This document shows positions 7,746-17,899 of a stretch of 53,527 bases of DNA, in pieces. The position numbers and the translations under genes were made by a program. The notes beneath the pieces were generated by a model. It was given only the letters and a program-made list of their open reading frames with translations, did no database searches and was not told the origin of the DNA. Position 1 is the first letter of the stretch. Each line of letters begins with the position of its first letter. This DNA is from a virus (lineage: Duplodnaviria > Caudoviricetes), in the IMG/VR virus record IMGVR_UViG_3300030012_000241, positions 1 through 53,527 of that record, one strand, 5' to 3'.

Positions 7746-9490
7746 AGTTAGTCTTTGACATAGAAACTGATGACATAAAAGCTACTAAGATATGGTGCAT
7801 CGTAGCAATAGATGAAGACAATAATATAAAAACTTTTGACCTAGATAATATAGAAGAAGGCATAGACTATTTAGAACAAGCAGACACTTTGATAGGCCAT
7901 AATATATTAGGCTTTGATATACCAGTCATCAAAGATTTATATGGTGTTGACCTTTACAATAAAAAAATTATAGACACACTTGTTATATCAAGACTTATAA
8001 ATCCTAATAAAGAGAAAGGTCATAGTCTAAAAAATTGGGGCTTTCTTTTAGGACAAAATAAAGGAACACCTCCAGAAGATTTTACTATCTATTCAAAAGA
8101 GATGCTTGACTATTGTGTATTAGATGTGCAACTTAATAAAAAACTTTATAATCATTTACAACAACACGTCAAAGGATTTTCTCAAGAATGTGTAAACCTG
8201 GAGCATTCTGTTTTTAAAATTATAGCAAAGCAACGTAAAGACGGTTTTAAATTTGACATGGAACAAGCGATGTCTTTGTTAAGTAAATTAGTTTCTAGAA
8301 GGAAAGAAGTTGAAGATGAAGTGCATGAAACATTTAAACCAAAGTGGGTAGACGTAAAAGAAGTTCAGCCACGTTTAAAAAAAGATGGTTCATTATCTAA
8401 GCAAGGACTGACAGAGCATGAGTACAATAATTTATTAGAAAAGTTTGCAGATGTACCCATGCCAAAAGACTACAAGTTTATTAGAAAAGAATTAGTAGAA
8501 TTTAATTTAGGAAGTAGAAAACAAATAGGTGAGTATCTAATAGATTTTGGATGGAAGCCTGAAAGATTTACTCCTACTGGACAACCTATAGTAGATGAGG
8601 GTACACTAAAAAAGATAGACCATATTCACGAAGCTAATCTGATAGCAGAGTTTTTACTTCTTCAAAAAAGGATTGCTCAAATACAGTCTTGGATAGATGC
8701 AGTAGAAGACGATGAAAGAGTGCATGGTGGGGTCATTAGTAATGGTGCTATTACAGGAAGAATGACACATAACAATCCAAACATGGCACAAGTTCCTAGT
8801 GTTCATAATGTATATGGAAAAGAGTGTCGTCAATGCTGGACAGTAGAAGAAGGTAACAGACTTGTAGGTATAGATGCAAGTCAGTTGGAACTTAGATTAC
8901 TAGCACACTATATGGCAGACAAGGAGTACGTCAATGAAATATTACATGGAGATATTCACACAACTAACCAAAAACTTGCAGGACTTAAATCAAGAGACCA
9001 GGCAAAAACTTTCATCTATGCCCTCATTTACGGAGCAGGAGATGAAAAAATTGGAAAAATCATTGGAGGAGATAGACAAGAAGGTAAGAGAATGCGAGAG
9101 TCTTTTCTCAATAGTCTCCCATCATTTAACAATCTTAAGAACAGAGTTGAGTCAGCAACAAGGAAAGGATTTTTAAAAGGTCTTGACGGTAGGAAGATAA
9201 GACTAAGACATAAACATGCTGCTTTAAATACATTATTACAATGTGGTGGAGCAGTAGTAATGAAGAGAGCTTTAGTAAAATTAGTTGACCTTCTAGATTT
9301 AAACACAATCAATTATAAAATCGTAGCCAACGTACACGATGAGTGGCAGATAGAAACCACAGAGAAAACAGCAGACTTTGTAGGTGAGATGGGGATAAAA
9401 GCAATAAGAGAAACTGCTGATTACTATGATATGAGGTGTCCATTGGATGCTGAATATAAAGTAGGAGGGAACTGGAGTGAAACCCACTAA
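7742..9490 (+). CDS. polA: DNA polymerase family A with 3'-5' exonuclease
   Basis: FDIET, GHN..FD, DASQLELR (motif A), RDQAKTFIYALIYG (motif B, Tyr type), VHDE (motif C). Confidence 0.96.
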   Translation: MKLVFDIETDDIKATKIWCIVAIDEDNNIKTFDLDNIEEGIDYLEQADTLIGHNILGFDIPVIKDLYGVDLYNKKIIDTLVISRLINPNKEKGHSLKNWGFLLGQNKGTPPEDFTIYSKEMLDYCVLDVQLNKKLYNHLQQHVKGFSQECVNLEHSVFKIIAKQRKDGFKFDMEQAMSLLSKLVSRRKEVEDEVHETFKPKWVDVKEVQPRLKKDGSLSKQGLTEHEYNNLLEKFADVPMPKDYKFIRKELVEFNLGSRKQIGEYLIDFGWKPERFTPTGQPIVDEGTLKKIDHIHEANLIAEFLLLQKRIAQIQSWIDAVEDDERVHGGVISNGAITGRMTHNNPNMAQVPSVHNVYGKECRQCWTVEEGNRLVGIDASQLELRLLAHYMADKEYVNEILHGDIHTTNQKLAGLKSRDQAKTFIYALIYGAGDEKIGKIIGGDRQEGKRMRESFLNSLPSFNNLKNRVESATRKGFLKGLDGRKIRLRHKHAALNTLLQCGGAVVMKRALVKLVDLLDLNTINYKIVANVHDEWQIETTEKTADFVGEMGIKAIRETADYYDMRCPLDAEYKVGGNWSETH

Positions 9491-9914
9491 AGACGATAGA
9501 AAAAAATATGACTTAGATTTACAGTACGGAGAGATAAGGGAGGACAAAATCAGAGACATGTTAGAAAATAAAAAAATAGAAGTTAAATCTGAACGTGGCC
9601 GTTGGATGGAAACAGGAAACATTTGTATTGAGTACGAGTCCTGGGGCAAGCCTTCAGGCATACGAGCTACAGAGTCAGACTATTGGTTTCACAATCTTTG
9701 TGTTGGCGATAAAGAATTTTGCACTATAGTTTTTGATACTAAAATGTTAAAGCTTATAGTAAATGAATTAGATAGTTTTAAAACTGTTGCAGGGGGAGAC
9801 CATAATGCAAGTAGAATGTATTTAGTTAGTCTTCAAAAGTTATTTTCTAATGATGTTATTAAAGCATTTAAAAAAGAATTATCAAAAGGACAAAAAAATG
9901 ACAACAAAAACTAA
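9477..9914 (+). CDS. Putative PD-(D/E)xK nuclease-fold protein
   Basis: IEVKSE...TGNICIEYE...GKPSGI...DYW pattern. Confidence 0.5.
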   Translation: MKPTKDDRKKYDLDLQYGEIREDKIRDMLENKKIEVKSERGRWMETGNICIEYESWGKPSGIRATESDYWFHNLCVGDKEFCTIVFDTKMLKLIVNELDSFKTVAGGDHNASRMYLVSLQKLFSNDVIKAFKKELSKGQKNDNKN

Positions 9915-10707
9915 CGAGCCTATCGACAAATCTGAATCACAGGTGTATAATAATAAGTTCACATCGGAAGCTGGACATTGGTATGACAGAGAGGGGTCGC
10001 CAGCTTACACCATCATCGGTGCTAACGGTAAAGAAAGAAACACAACATTAAGAGATGCCAAGAAAGAAGGGCTAGTACCTTCTGTAACTACAGTTCTTAA
10101 TATTGTAGCTAAACCTTCATTAGAAAATTGGAAAATAAATAAAGCTCTTGAAGCCTCCATTGAGTTACAACAGGGCGAGGACGAACCAAACGAAGACTTT
10201 ATTTATAGATGTAAGACAGCTCAAAGAGACATTGGTCAATCAGCTGCAGCCCAAGGAACTAAGATACATGCTCTAATTGAAAGAGGATTTGAAGGTAAGT
10301 CAAATAATAAATCGTATCGTGCCGTAAAGAAATTTTTAGACAAGCACTTTCCAAATGAGGAATGGATTGCTGAGGATTCTTTTTGCTCAGAATTAGGGTA
10401 TGGTGGCAAGATAGACTTATATTCTAAGTCAGGTATCTTTGTGGATTTTAAAACTAAAGATGGCTTAGAAGGTAAAGACCCAGCAAGATTAGTATATGAT
10501 GAGCATGGTATGCAGTTATCAGCTTATGCTCAGGGCTGTGGGTTTGATAATCCTCAACGTGTATCTGTATTTGTTGATAGAGAGAAAACAGATTTAGCAC
10601 TAGGCCACATTTGGGATGACGACTCACATATAAAACATGTAGAAATGTTTAACAGTTTATTAACCTATTGGAAGTTAGTTAAGAATTACGACTCATCTAC
10701 TTTATGA
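9898..10707 (+). CDS. RecB/Cas4-like exonuclease
   Basis: PSVTTVL, GTKIH, GKIDL, VDFKTK, QLSAY; the start may be 9850. Confidence 0.8.
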   Translation: MTTKTNEPIDKSESQVYNNKFTSEAGHWYDREGSPAYTIIGANGKERNTTLRDAKKEGLVPSVTTVLNIVAKPSLENWKINKALEASIELQQGEDEPNEDFIYRCKTAQRDIGQSAAAQGTKIHALIERGFEGKSNNKSYRAVKKFLDKHFPNEEWIAEDSFCSELGYGGKIDLYSKSGIFVDFKTKDGLEGKDPARLVYDEHGMQLSAYAQGCGFDNPQRVSVFVDREKTDLALGHIWDDDSHIKHVEMFNSLLTYWKLVKNYDSSTL

Positions 10708-11045
10708 ATGCAAGAAAAGCTAAAGCTATACGAAGAAAAAGCTATCAGTTATTGTATGACTGGATAAGGTTTGAATGTTTGTCTGAAGAAGAACGTAACA
10801 CTATGAAGCCTATTGTTGATAGTGAAGTAAAAGAAGATATGATGAGTATGATACCAAAACAAACTCATTACTTTCATAGACAGACTTTGTATTTATCAGC
10901 CTGGACTTTAAAATGGGTACAGAAAAAAGTTAAGAGACTAATTAAGAAAGGATATACTTTAGAAGAAATAGAATATACTTTATTATTAGACAAGCAACCA
11001 GAAGCTCCTATAGGAATGGGAGTAAACACAGGAATACAATTCTAA
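10704..11045 (+). CDS. Hypothetical protein
   Basis: Coupled 113 aa ORF. Confidence 0.7.
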   Translation: MNARKAKAIRRKSYQLLYDWIRFECLSEEERNTMKPIVDSEVKEDMMSMIPKQTHYFHRQTLYLSAWTLKWVQKKVKRLIKKGYTLEEIEYTLLLDKQPEAPIGMGVNTGIQF

Positions 11046-11305
11046 TGGAAAGTAAATTTGATGAGCTAGAAATATTAGAGGATGTAGAAGAATATATTAT
11101 TGATACATACAAACAACACTATGCAGGTAAGTATCAGGCAACAGATATGATTATTGATGCTGGTCATGGTGAAGGTTTTTGTATAGGTAATATAATGAAA
11201 TATGCTATGCGATGTGGGAAGAAAGACGAAAAAGAAAAAGAGCTATTGAAGATAATACATTATGCAATCATAGCCATATACATAGAGAGGAACAATGGAA
11301 GATAA
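11045..11305 (+). CDS. DUF3310 / T7 gp1.7-like protein
   Basis: HY...GFCIGNIMKY..R.GKK...ELLKIIHY. Confidence 0.65.
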   Translation: MESKFDELEILEDVEEYIIDTYKQHYAGKYQATDMIIDAGHGEGFCIGNIMKYAMRCGKKDEKEKELLKIIHYAIIAIYIERNNGR

Positions 11306-13187
11306 AGTGGGGAAGAAACCTTATTTAGGTATAACAATAGATTATGATAAAGAAAAAGAGTTTGATAAATTTAGTTTAGATACTTTAAAAGATAGATATT
11401 TATGGGATAATGAAACACATGCACAAGAAGCATTCGCAAGAGCCTCAATCTTCGGAGCAACATACAAAGGGGAAGTGGATTTTGAATTGGCTCAAAGACT
11501 TTACAACTATAGTTCCTCTCGCTGGTTCATGTTCAGCACTCCTATTCTTAGCAACGGAGGAACGACACGTGGGCTTCCTATCAGTTGTTTTCTTAATTAT
11601 GTACCTGACAGTAGGGATGGTCTTTCTGCTCATTATGATGAGAATATATGGCTCGCAAGTTCAGGTGGAGGGATTGGTGGATATTGGGGGGATGTTAGGA
11701 GTAACGGTATATCTACTACTCATGGCTCTCGTTCTACTGGAAGTATTCCCTTCATCCATGTAGTAGACTCACAGATGCTTGCCTTTAACCAAGGCACTAC
11801 AAGACGTGGAAGTTATGCAGCTTACATGGATATATCTCATCCTGAGATAGAAGAGTTTATTAATATCAGAAAAGAGTCTGGTGGAGATATAAATAGAAAG
11901 TCTCTTAACTTACATAACGGAGTCAATCTAAATAATGATTATCTTAATGCAGTAAAAGAAGATGCAGATTGGAGACTAATAGACCCTAAGACAAAAGAAG
12001 CAGTAAGAACTGTAAAAGCTAGAGACTTGTGGTGGCAAATGTTAAATGCCAGAGCAGAAACAGGAGAGCCTTACATGATTAATATAGATACATGTAATGA
12101 TAAACTTCCTGAAGCACAAAAAGAATTAGGCCTTAGTATAAAACAAAGTAATTTATGTTCTGAGATTACACTACCTACAGACGAAGAGAGAACAGCAGTA
12201 TGTTGTTTGTCTTCCGTAAATTTAGAACACTTTGATGAGTGGGTTAGTGATAACTATTTTATTGAAGACCTAATAACTATGTTGGATAATATTATTGAAC
12301 ACTACATTGAAAATGCTGTAGATACAAAACACTTAGGAGGTTACATTGCAAATTTTAAACGTTTTAAAAACTATATCAAACCTGGGAAAGAAGGCTTTGT
12401 TAAGTCTGCTTACTCTGCTTATAGAGAAAGGTCTTTGGGTCTGGGAGCAATGGGTTTCCATGCTTATCTCCAGTCTAAAAACATTTCGTTTGAAAGCATC
12501 TTTGCTACGAGCTTTAACCACAAGGCATTTAGCTTTATTAAAAATTCAGCCACCAAAGCTTCTGAAAGACTTTGCGAGTTACGTGGTGAGTGTCCTGACT
12601 TACATGGTGGGAAGCTTCGTAATGCTAACCTTCTTGCTGTTGCTCCTAATGCTAGCTCTGGTATTATTTGTAGTGGCACTAGCCCTAGCATTGAGCCTTA
12701 CCGTGCTAATGCATATACCCACAAAACTTTATCAGGCTCTTACCAAGTCAAAAACAAATTCCTCTCAAAACTCTTCGGAAGAAAAAAACTTAGAGGAAAA
12801 AAGCTAGAAGAAACTTGGAAAAGTATTACAGCTAACGAAGGTAGTGTGCAACATTTAGATATACTAACTGAAGAAGAAAAAGAAGTATTCAAAACAGCTA
12901 ACGAAATAAATCAGATATGGATTGTAGAACATGCCTATCAAAGACAACAATATATATGTCAGGCACAATCAGTAAATTTATTTTTTACTTTACCCAAAAC
13001 AACGGAGGCTCAGGAAGTACATGATGACTACATGCAGTATGTAAACGATGTGCATTGGTACGGCATGAACAAATTAAAATCTTTATATTATTTTAGGTCT
13101 AATGCTGCAAGAAATGTAGAGAATGTAAACGTTAAAGTACCTAGAATAAAACTAGACGAAGTAGAATGTATAGCCTGTGAAGGATGA
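11295..13187 (+). CDS. nrdA: Ribonucleotide reductase class Ia alpha subunit
   Basis: STPILSN, ISCF, GGGIG, SNLCSEI, APNASS, SLYYFR, C-terminal CIACEG; no ATP cone. Confidence 0.95.
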   Translation: MEDKVGKKPYLGITIDYDKEKEFDKFSLDTLKDRYLWDNETHAQEAFARASIFGATYKGEVDFELAQRLYNYSSSRWFMFSTPILSNGGTTRGLPISCFLNYVPDSRDGLSAHYDENIWLASSGGGIGGYWGDVRSNGISTTHGSRSTGSIPFIHVVDSQMLAFNQGTTRRGSYAAYMDISHPEIEEFINIRKESGGDINRKSLNLHNGVNLNNDYLNAVKEDADWRLIDPKTKEAVRTVKARDLWWQMLNARAETGEPYMINIDTCNDKLPEAQKELGLSIKQSNLCSEITLPTDEERTAVCCLSSVNLEHFDEWVSDNYFIEDLITMLDNIIEHYIENAVDTKHLGGYIANFKRFKNYIKPGKEGFVKSAYSAYRERSLGLGAMGFHAYLQSKNISFESIFATSFNHKAFSFIKNSATKASERLCELRGECPDLHGGKLRNANLLAVAPNASSGIICSGTSPSIEPYRANAYTHKTLSGSYQVKNKFLSKLFGRKKLRGKKLEETWKSITANEGSVQHLDILTEEEKEVFKTANEINQIWIVEHAYQRQQYICQAQSVNLFFTLPKTTEAQEVHDDYMQYVNDVHWYGMNKLKSLYYFRSNAARNVENVNVKVPRIKLDEVECIACEG

Positions 13188-13522
13188 AAACACAATCAGC
13201 AAAAGCAAAAGGTCGTAATCTACAAAAGTGGACTAGAGACCAACTAATAAAAGAATTAAAAATACATGATGAAGATATTGAAAGTAGGCCTATGGGTTCT
13301 TCTGGTGAAGACCTTATTATGGCAAGAGCTGCAAGGAAGAATTTTCCTTACTCAGTTGAATGTAAAAATCAGGAACGAGTCAATGTCTGGACAGCCTACA
13401 AACAAGCATCGGAAAATTGTGGAAAGTATGAACCTCTAGTTGTTATAAAAAAGAACAGGCACAAACCATTAATAGTTATTGATGCAGAATTTTTTATTAA
13501 ATTACATAAGAGAAAGAAATGA
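13184..13522 (+). CDS. Holliday junction resolvase-like nuclease
   Basis: SAKAKGR..Q, GEDL, VECKNQE, PLVVIKKN. Confidence 0.7.
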   Translation: MKTQSAKAKGRNLQKWTRDQLIKELKIHDEDIESRPMGSSGEDLIMARAARKNFPYSVECKNQERVNVWTAYKQASENCGKYEPLVVIKKNRHKPLIVIDAEFFIKLHKRKK

Positions 13523-14082
13523 AAACATTTATAGAAATCGGAACGTGTGATTTTGATACTTGTCAGAAGTTAGCTGATAATGGTTGGCAAGGAATTATGA
13601 TAGAGCCTAACCCACAAGCATTTAAAAATATGAATAAGGTTATGGGAGACTATGATAATGTAATAACTCTACAGTATGCTGTCTCTGATTATGAAGGCAT
13701 GATAGAGTTAGGTGTATCTAAACAAGACTACCCTGATAAAATGGTCAGAGGTATGTCATCTGTTGTAGCTGAAAATCATAAAGGTGGTAGGGTCTTTGAA
13801 TATAATGATAAATCTAAAACATATTTAGATAAAGTTATAGAAGTTCCTTGCACAAGATTAGATACTCTTATTTATGAAAATGCAGTTACAAGAATAGATT
13901 TTTTAAAGATAGATGTCGAAGGACATGAAATGAATATCATCGAAGATTATACCTGGGATGTTAAGCCTACTTTTATAAAGATAGAGCATAAGCATATTGA
14001 TGATGTTAAAGCTGTAGATATATTACAGAGCCAGGGTTATTTAACATGGACAGAAAAGGAGGACATATATGCAATTCGTTAA
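13519..14082 (+). CDS. FkbM-family SAM methyltransferase
   Basis: FIEIG, IEPNP, AVSD..G, IDFLKIDVEGHE. Confidence 0.85.
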   Translation: MKTFIEIGTCDFDTCQKLADNGWQGIMIEPNPQAFKNMNKVMGDYDNVITLQYAVSDYEGMIELGVSKQDYPDKMVRGMSSVVAENHKGGRVFEYNDKSKTYLDKVIEVPCTRLDTLIYENAVTRIDFLKIDVEGHEMNIIEDYTWDVKPTFIKIEHKHIDDVKAVDILQSQGYLTWTEKEDIYAIR

Positions 14083-14221
14083 ATACTTTCACAAACTAAT
14101 GAAGTCTACTAGATTACATAAAATAATTAAAATGATGGGTCTAGGAGAAAAAAGAAAACCAAAAACGGTACGTCTCAAAAAAGATGGGACACCAGATAAA
14201 AGATATAAGGAGAATAAATGA
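14069..14221 (+). CDS. Small basic protein, 50 aa (not in ORF track)
   Basis: GGAGG SD; ends RLKKDGTPDKRYKENK; ATGA-coupled downstream. Confidence 0.65.
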   Translation: MQFVKYFHKLMKSTRLHKIIKMMGLGEKRKPKTVRLKKDGTPDKRYKENK

Positions 14222-14451
14222 AGTTACAACAACAAGTAGTACAGGCTTTGTTTTGTAAATACGAAGCACAGAAACAAGAAGCTAAAGTAGAGATAATGCT
14301 TTACTTTGAAAATCCAGTAGGAGTAGCAGACCATCCTAATTTAATTGAAACATTAGATGGGTTGATAAAAAAATATAATGAAGCAGACGAAAAAATATGT
14401 GGGCTTAAAAAACTTGTAGGGGAGGTAGAAGAAGATGGCACTATTGACTGA
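14218..14451 (+). CDS. Hypothetical phage protein
   Basis: AAGGAG SD; YFENPVGVADHP motif. Confidence 0.75.
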   Translation: MKLQQQVVQALFCKYEAQKQEAKVEIMLYFENPVGVADHPNLIETLDGLIKKYNEADEKICGLKKLVGEVEEDGTID

Positions 14452-15409
14452 TAGAGATTATTACAAACCGTTTGAATATCCGTGGATGTATGATTATTAC
14501 AAACTACAAAATCAAATGCATTGGATGCCTGAGTCAGTTCCTTTACATAACGATGTAAAAGATTGGCAAGACGTTACAAAGAATGAGAAGTATTTACTTA
14601 CTCAAATATTTAGATTATTTACACAATCAGATGTAGATGTAGGTGCAGGTTATGTAGATAAATACATGCCTATATTTAAAAAGCCTGAAGCAAGAATGAT
14701 GATGTCTTCGTTTGCAAACATGGAGTCTATACATCAGGATGCATACAGTCTTTTATTAGATACAGTAGGAATGCCTGAGATAGAATACAAAGCTTTTGCT
14801 GAGTATGAAGAGATGTCTGACAAGCATGATTATGTTGGTAACTTTAAACCATTGAAGTCTGATAAAAAAACAATAGCTAAAACCCTAGCAGTTTACTCTG
14901 CTTTTACAGAAGGCCTACAATTATTTAGTAGCTTTGCAATCTTATTAAACTTTCCAAGGTTCGGTAAGATGAAAGGCATGGGTCAGATAGTTACATATTC
15001 TATACGTGATGAGTCATTACATGTAGAAGCTATGACTAAATTATTTAGAGAGTTCATACAAGAAAACTTAAATATATGGACGGATGATTTTAAAAAAGAA
15101 ATATATCAGATATGTAGAGAAATGGTAAAACTAGAAGACAAGTTTCTAGATTTAGTATTTGATATGGGAGATATACAAGGCTTAACTAAAGACGATATGT
15201 ATAAATATAACAGATACATAGCTGACAGAAGATTATTACAACTTGGTTTAAAACCAAACTATAAACAAAATGAGAACCCTTTACCTTGGTTAGATGAAGT
15301 TATGGGTGTAGAACATCAAAACTTCTTTGAAGGTAGAGCTACTACATATATGAAAGCAGGACTGCGAGGTAGTCATAAAAATATTACCTTTGCAGATTTG
15401 TCAGAATAA
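14435..15409 (+). CDS. nrdB: Ribonucleotide reductase class Ia beta subunit
   Basis: KPFEYPW, HW.PE, D, ESIH..AY (radical Tyr), EG..LFSSF, RDESLH, NFFE. Confidence 0.95.
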   Translation: MALLTDRDYYKPFEYPWMYDYYKLQNQMHWMPESVPLHNDVKDWQDVTKNEKYLLTQIFRLFTQSDVDVGAGYVDKYMPIFKKPEARMMMSSFANMESIHQDAYSLLLDTVGMPEIEYKAFAEYEEMSDKHDYVGNFKPLKSDKKTIAKTLAVYSAFTEGLQLFSSFAILLNFPRFGKMKGMGQIVTYSIRDESLHVEAMTKLFREFIQENLNIWTDDFKKEIYQICREMVKLEDKFLDLVFDMGDIQGLTKDDMYKYNRYIADRRLLQLGLKPNYKQNENPLPWLDEVMGVEHQNFFEGRATTYMKAGLRGSHKNITFADLSE

Positions 15410-15852
15410 TGAGAAGTTTTCTAGGACTTAAATCTAGAGTAGGCATTACCTGTGGTGCATTTGATTTATTACATGCAGGTCATGTCACTATGTTAGAGGA
15501 GGCTAAGACGGTATGTGACTATCTAATAGTAGCATTACAGACTGACCCCTCAACAGATAGACCAGAAAAAAACAAACCTTTACAAAGTATTGTAGAAAGG
15601 CAGATACAATTAAAAGGTATCAGATGGGTGGACGATATTGTGGTTTATCATAGAGAGCATGAGTTGGAAGATATTTTATATACTTTCCCTATTGATGTAA
15701 GAATCATAGGAGAAGAATATAGAAATGCAATATTCACAGGTAAAGGCCTATGTAAAGAAAGAGGAATAGAAATATATTATAACAAGAGGGGACATAAATT
15801 TAGCACTACAGAACTAAGGAATAGAAATGAAGAGGAAAGAAAAAAAGAGTGA
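15409..15852 (+). CDS. Cytidylyltransferase (TagD/glycerol-3-phosphate type)
   Basis: GAFDLLHAGH (HxGH), R.H.FSTT. Confidence 0.85.
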   Translation: MRSFLGLKSRVGITCGAFDLLHAGHVTMLEEAKTVCDYLIVALQTDPSTDRPEKNKPLQSIVERQIQLKGIRWVDDIVVYHREHELEDILYTFPIDVRIIGEEYRNAIFTGKGLCKERGIEIYYNKRGHKFSTTELRNRNEEERKKE

Positions 15853-16051
15853 TGGAAACTTAATAAGTTTTTCGGTGCTATTAACACCAGAAGGGAAGAT
15901 AGTCTCAGAAATATCTGAGTTTCCTTTGGATAAAATAGATATTGTTTTTTCAGAAATGGACAGACAACTTATCAAAGTTTTACTTCAAAGAGCAAAAGCG
16001 AAGCTTGAACCACTACATGTGTACTTGCAACGTGAAATTCAGGCTTTGTGA
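15827..16051 (+). CDS. Hypothetical protein
   Basis: Last + strand ORF before the convergence point. Confidence 0.6.
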   Translation: MKRKEKKSDGNLISFSVLLTPEGKIVSEISEFPLDKIDIVFSEMDRQLIKVLLQRAKAKLEPLHVYLQREIQAL

Positions 16052-16168
16052 GAAAATCGACCTCACAGAATGCTCTGTATTGAACGGAAAGCATGTAAGT
16101 AATGCTCTAGGTATCAAAAAGCATAAAATTCGTTAGAGAGCCTCTCCGTAAGCGAGAGAGCATTTACA

Positions 16169-17899
16169 CTATATTGTGTAGATTTTTACCTCTTTTTCCT
16201 TACCTTTTACAAAAATAGGGTCTAATTCTGTATATTGACCCTGATAATTCTTAATTGTCTCCTCACCTATGACTAAATTTTTACCAACAGACTTACATGA
16301 AGACTCCAAACGAGCAGCTAAATTTACAGCATCACCTAAACAACTATATTCAAACCTGGAAGCCGACCCCATATTTCCTACACAGACTATGCCTGTATTT
16401 ATTCCTATACCAATTTCAACTTCTAACTCTGCTTCTTGCATGTCGTGTTGTATTTGAAGAGCTGTTTCAATAGCAAGCTGTTCTTGATTGTCTACATCTA
16501 GTGGAGCATTCCATACAGCCATCATTGCATCTCCTATATATTTATCTACCATCCCTCCATTTCTTTGGACGGCATCTGCTTGGACAGTCAAAGCTTTGTT
16601 CATAATCTTTATCACTTCTTCAGGCTCTAACTTTTCTGATAGACTTGTAAAGCCTCTGACATCTGTAAACATAATCGTACATCTTTTTCTTTCACCACCT
16701 AACTTCAAAAGCTCTGGATTTTTTTGTAGCCTAGCTACTTGTCTTGGGTCAAGATAATGTTCAAACTGTTTTTTTATTTGTTGTCGTAATCTATATTGTT
16801 GTCTAAACCTTAAATAGAATTGCTGTAAAGATATAAGTGTCATACATGTCATACTCCATGTAACGTCAATCAAATATCCAAGAGATACAAAGTAATATCC
16901 AAGATAGCCTACTGAAGCAAACAAACCACCAGCTAATACAACTGATAGGGTCATACCAAAAGAACGGATTACAAGAGCTATAAGAAGACCAGAGACACAT
17001 AATAGTAGTAGCTCTACAAATAATCTGTAGTCTGGTATCTGTGGTGTATCTAATAATATTGACTCGGCAAGAGCTGCTTGAATTTTGTGAGGCTCAAGCA
17101 ATCCGACAGGAGTTGCTAGTTGACTGCTTATACCTTTAGCTGTAAAACCTACAAAGACAAACTTACCTGCTACATCTAAATTACCTAGTGTAGTCTGTGG
17201 TGTATCTACCCAACTAATCCACTTACGTCCATAACTGTCAGTAGGTATAGGGTCTAGTCCTCTTACTCTTATCATCTCTATACCATTTTCATTAGTAATA
17301 ATCTGATAGGTATTACCACCACCCAATACTTTTAACACCTCAGTTCCAAAAGATGCTACCCATCCATTAGGTGTTTGTTGTAGTAAAGGTATTTGACGAA
17401 CAAGGTTATCTACATCTACAGGAGCAGATACAGCACCTTGGCTTGAATTATTTTTAAGTATGTCTATGTTTTGTAAAAATCCTTGGGCTTTGGGTAAGAC
17501 TACCGTAGGCCCTCGGATGACTGTACCATGTGTTTTAGGATATATGCCATTAGGTACTTCAGGCATTGCAAGTATACTAGGAGAAAATGACAAGGCTTCA
17601 GCAAACTTTTCATCTCCTCCTAGTCTATCTGGATGGGGAAATAACATAGTCCATCCGACACCTATTGCTCCTTCTTGTAAAAGCTTTATGTGTATGTCTG
17701 CTAGTGTTTCTCTAGGTAATGGATAACCACCTTGACTATCAATAAACTCTTCAGTTATATTAAGTATTGTAAAATACCCTGTAGGGTTAGGTGTATCTAC
17801 TAGCCTGTCAAATGTTTTAAGTCTTAATGTTTCTAACGGAGCTACATTAAACAACAAAGGCAAAGCCAATAATCCTAATAATAAACTAGCCCATCTCAT
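16169..17899 (-). CDS. CHASE2-domain class III adenylate cyclase
   Basis: N-terminal TM, CHASE2-like region (YPLPR..LA, DVDNLVRQIPL, HKIQAAL), 3 TM, then FTDVRGFT, DKYIGDA, GDAVNLAARLE. Confidence 0.9.
   Translation of the reverse strand: MRWASLLLGLLALPLLFNVAPLETLRLKTFDRLVDTPNPTGYFTILNITEEFIDSQGGYPLPRETLADIHIKLLQEGAIGVGWTMLFPHPDRLGGDEKFAEALSFSPSILAMPEVPNGIYPKTHGTVIRGPTVVLPKAQGFLQNIDILKNNSSQGAVSAPVDVDNLVRQIPLLQQTPNGWVASFGTEVLKVLGGGNTYQIITNENGIEMIRVRGLDPIPTDSYGRKWISWVDTPQTTLGNLDVAGKFVFVGFTAKGISSQLATPVGLLEPHKIQAALAESILLDTPQIPDYRLFVELLLLCVSGLLIALVIRSFGMTLSVVLAGGLFASVGYLGYYFVSLGYLIDVTWSMTCMTLISLQQFYLRFRQQYRLRQQIKKQFEHYLDPRQVARLQKNPELLKLGGERKRCTIMFTDVRGFTSLSEKLEPEEVIKIMNKALTVQADAVQRNGGMVDKYIGDAMMAVWNAPLDVDNQEQLAIETALQIQHDMQEAELEVEIGIGINTGIVCVGNMGSASRFEYSCLGDAVNLAARLESSCKSVGKNLVIGEETIKNYQGQYTELDPIFVKGKEKEVKIYTI

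Noticed and set aside
7742-9490. HMO-2011-type DnaJ insertion in the polymerase
   Set aside because: No CxxCxGxG repeats; the polymerase is the plain T7/SIO1 type
9898-10707. Cas4-like nuclease as CRISPR evidence
   Set aside because: Standard phage replication exonuclease; no Fe-S Cys cluster or array
12346-12807. 153-aa alternative-frame ORF inside nrdA (possible intron or homing endonuclease)
   Set aside because: NrdA is continuous and the ORF has no LAGLIDADG, HNH or GIY-YIG motif
16130-16168. Bidirectional terminator at the convergence point
   Set aside because: Only a weak CTCTC/GAGAG stem without a clear U-tract
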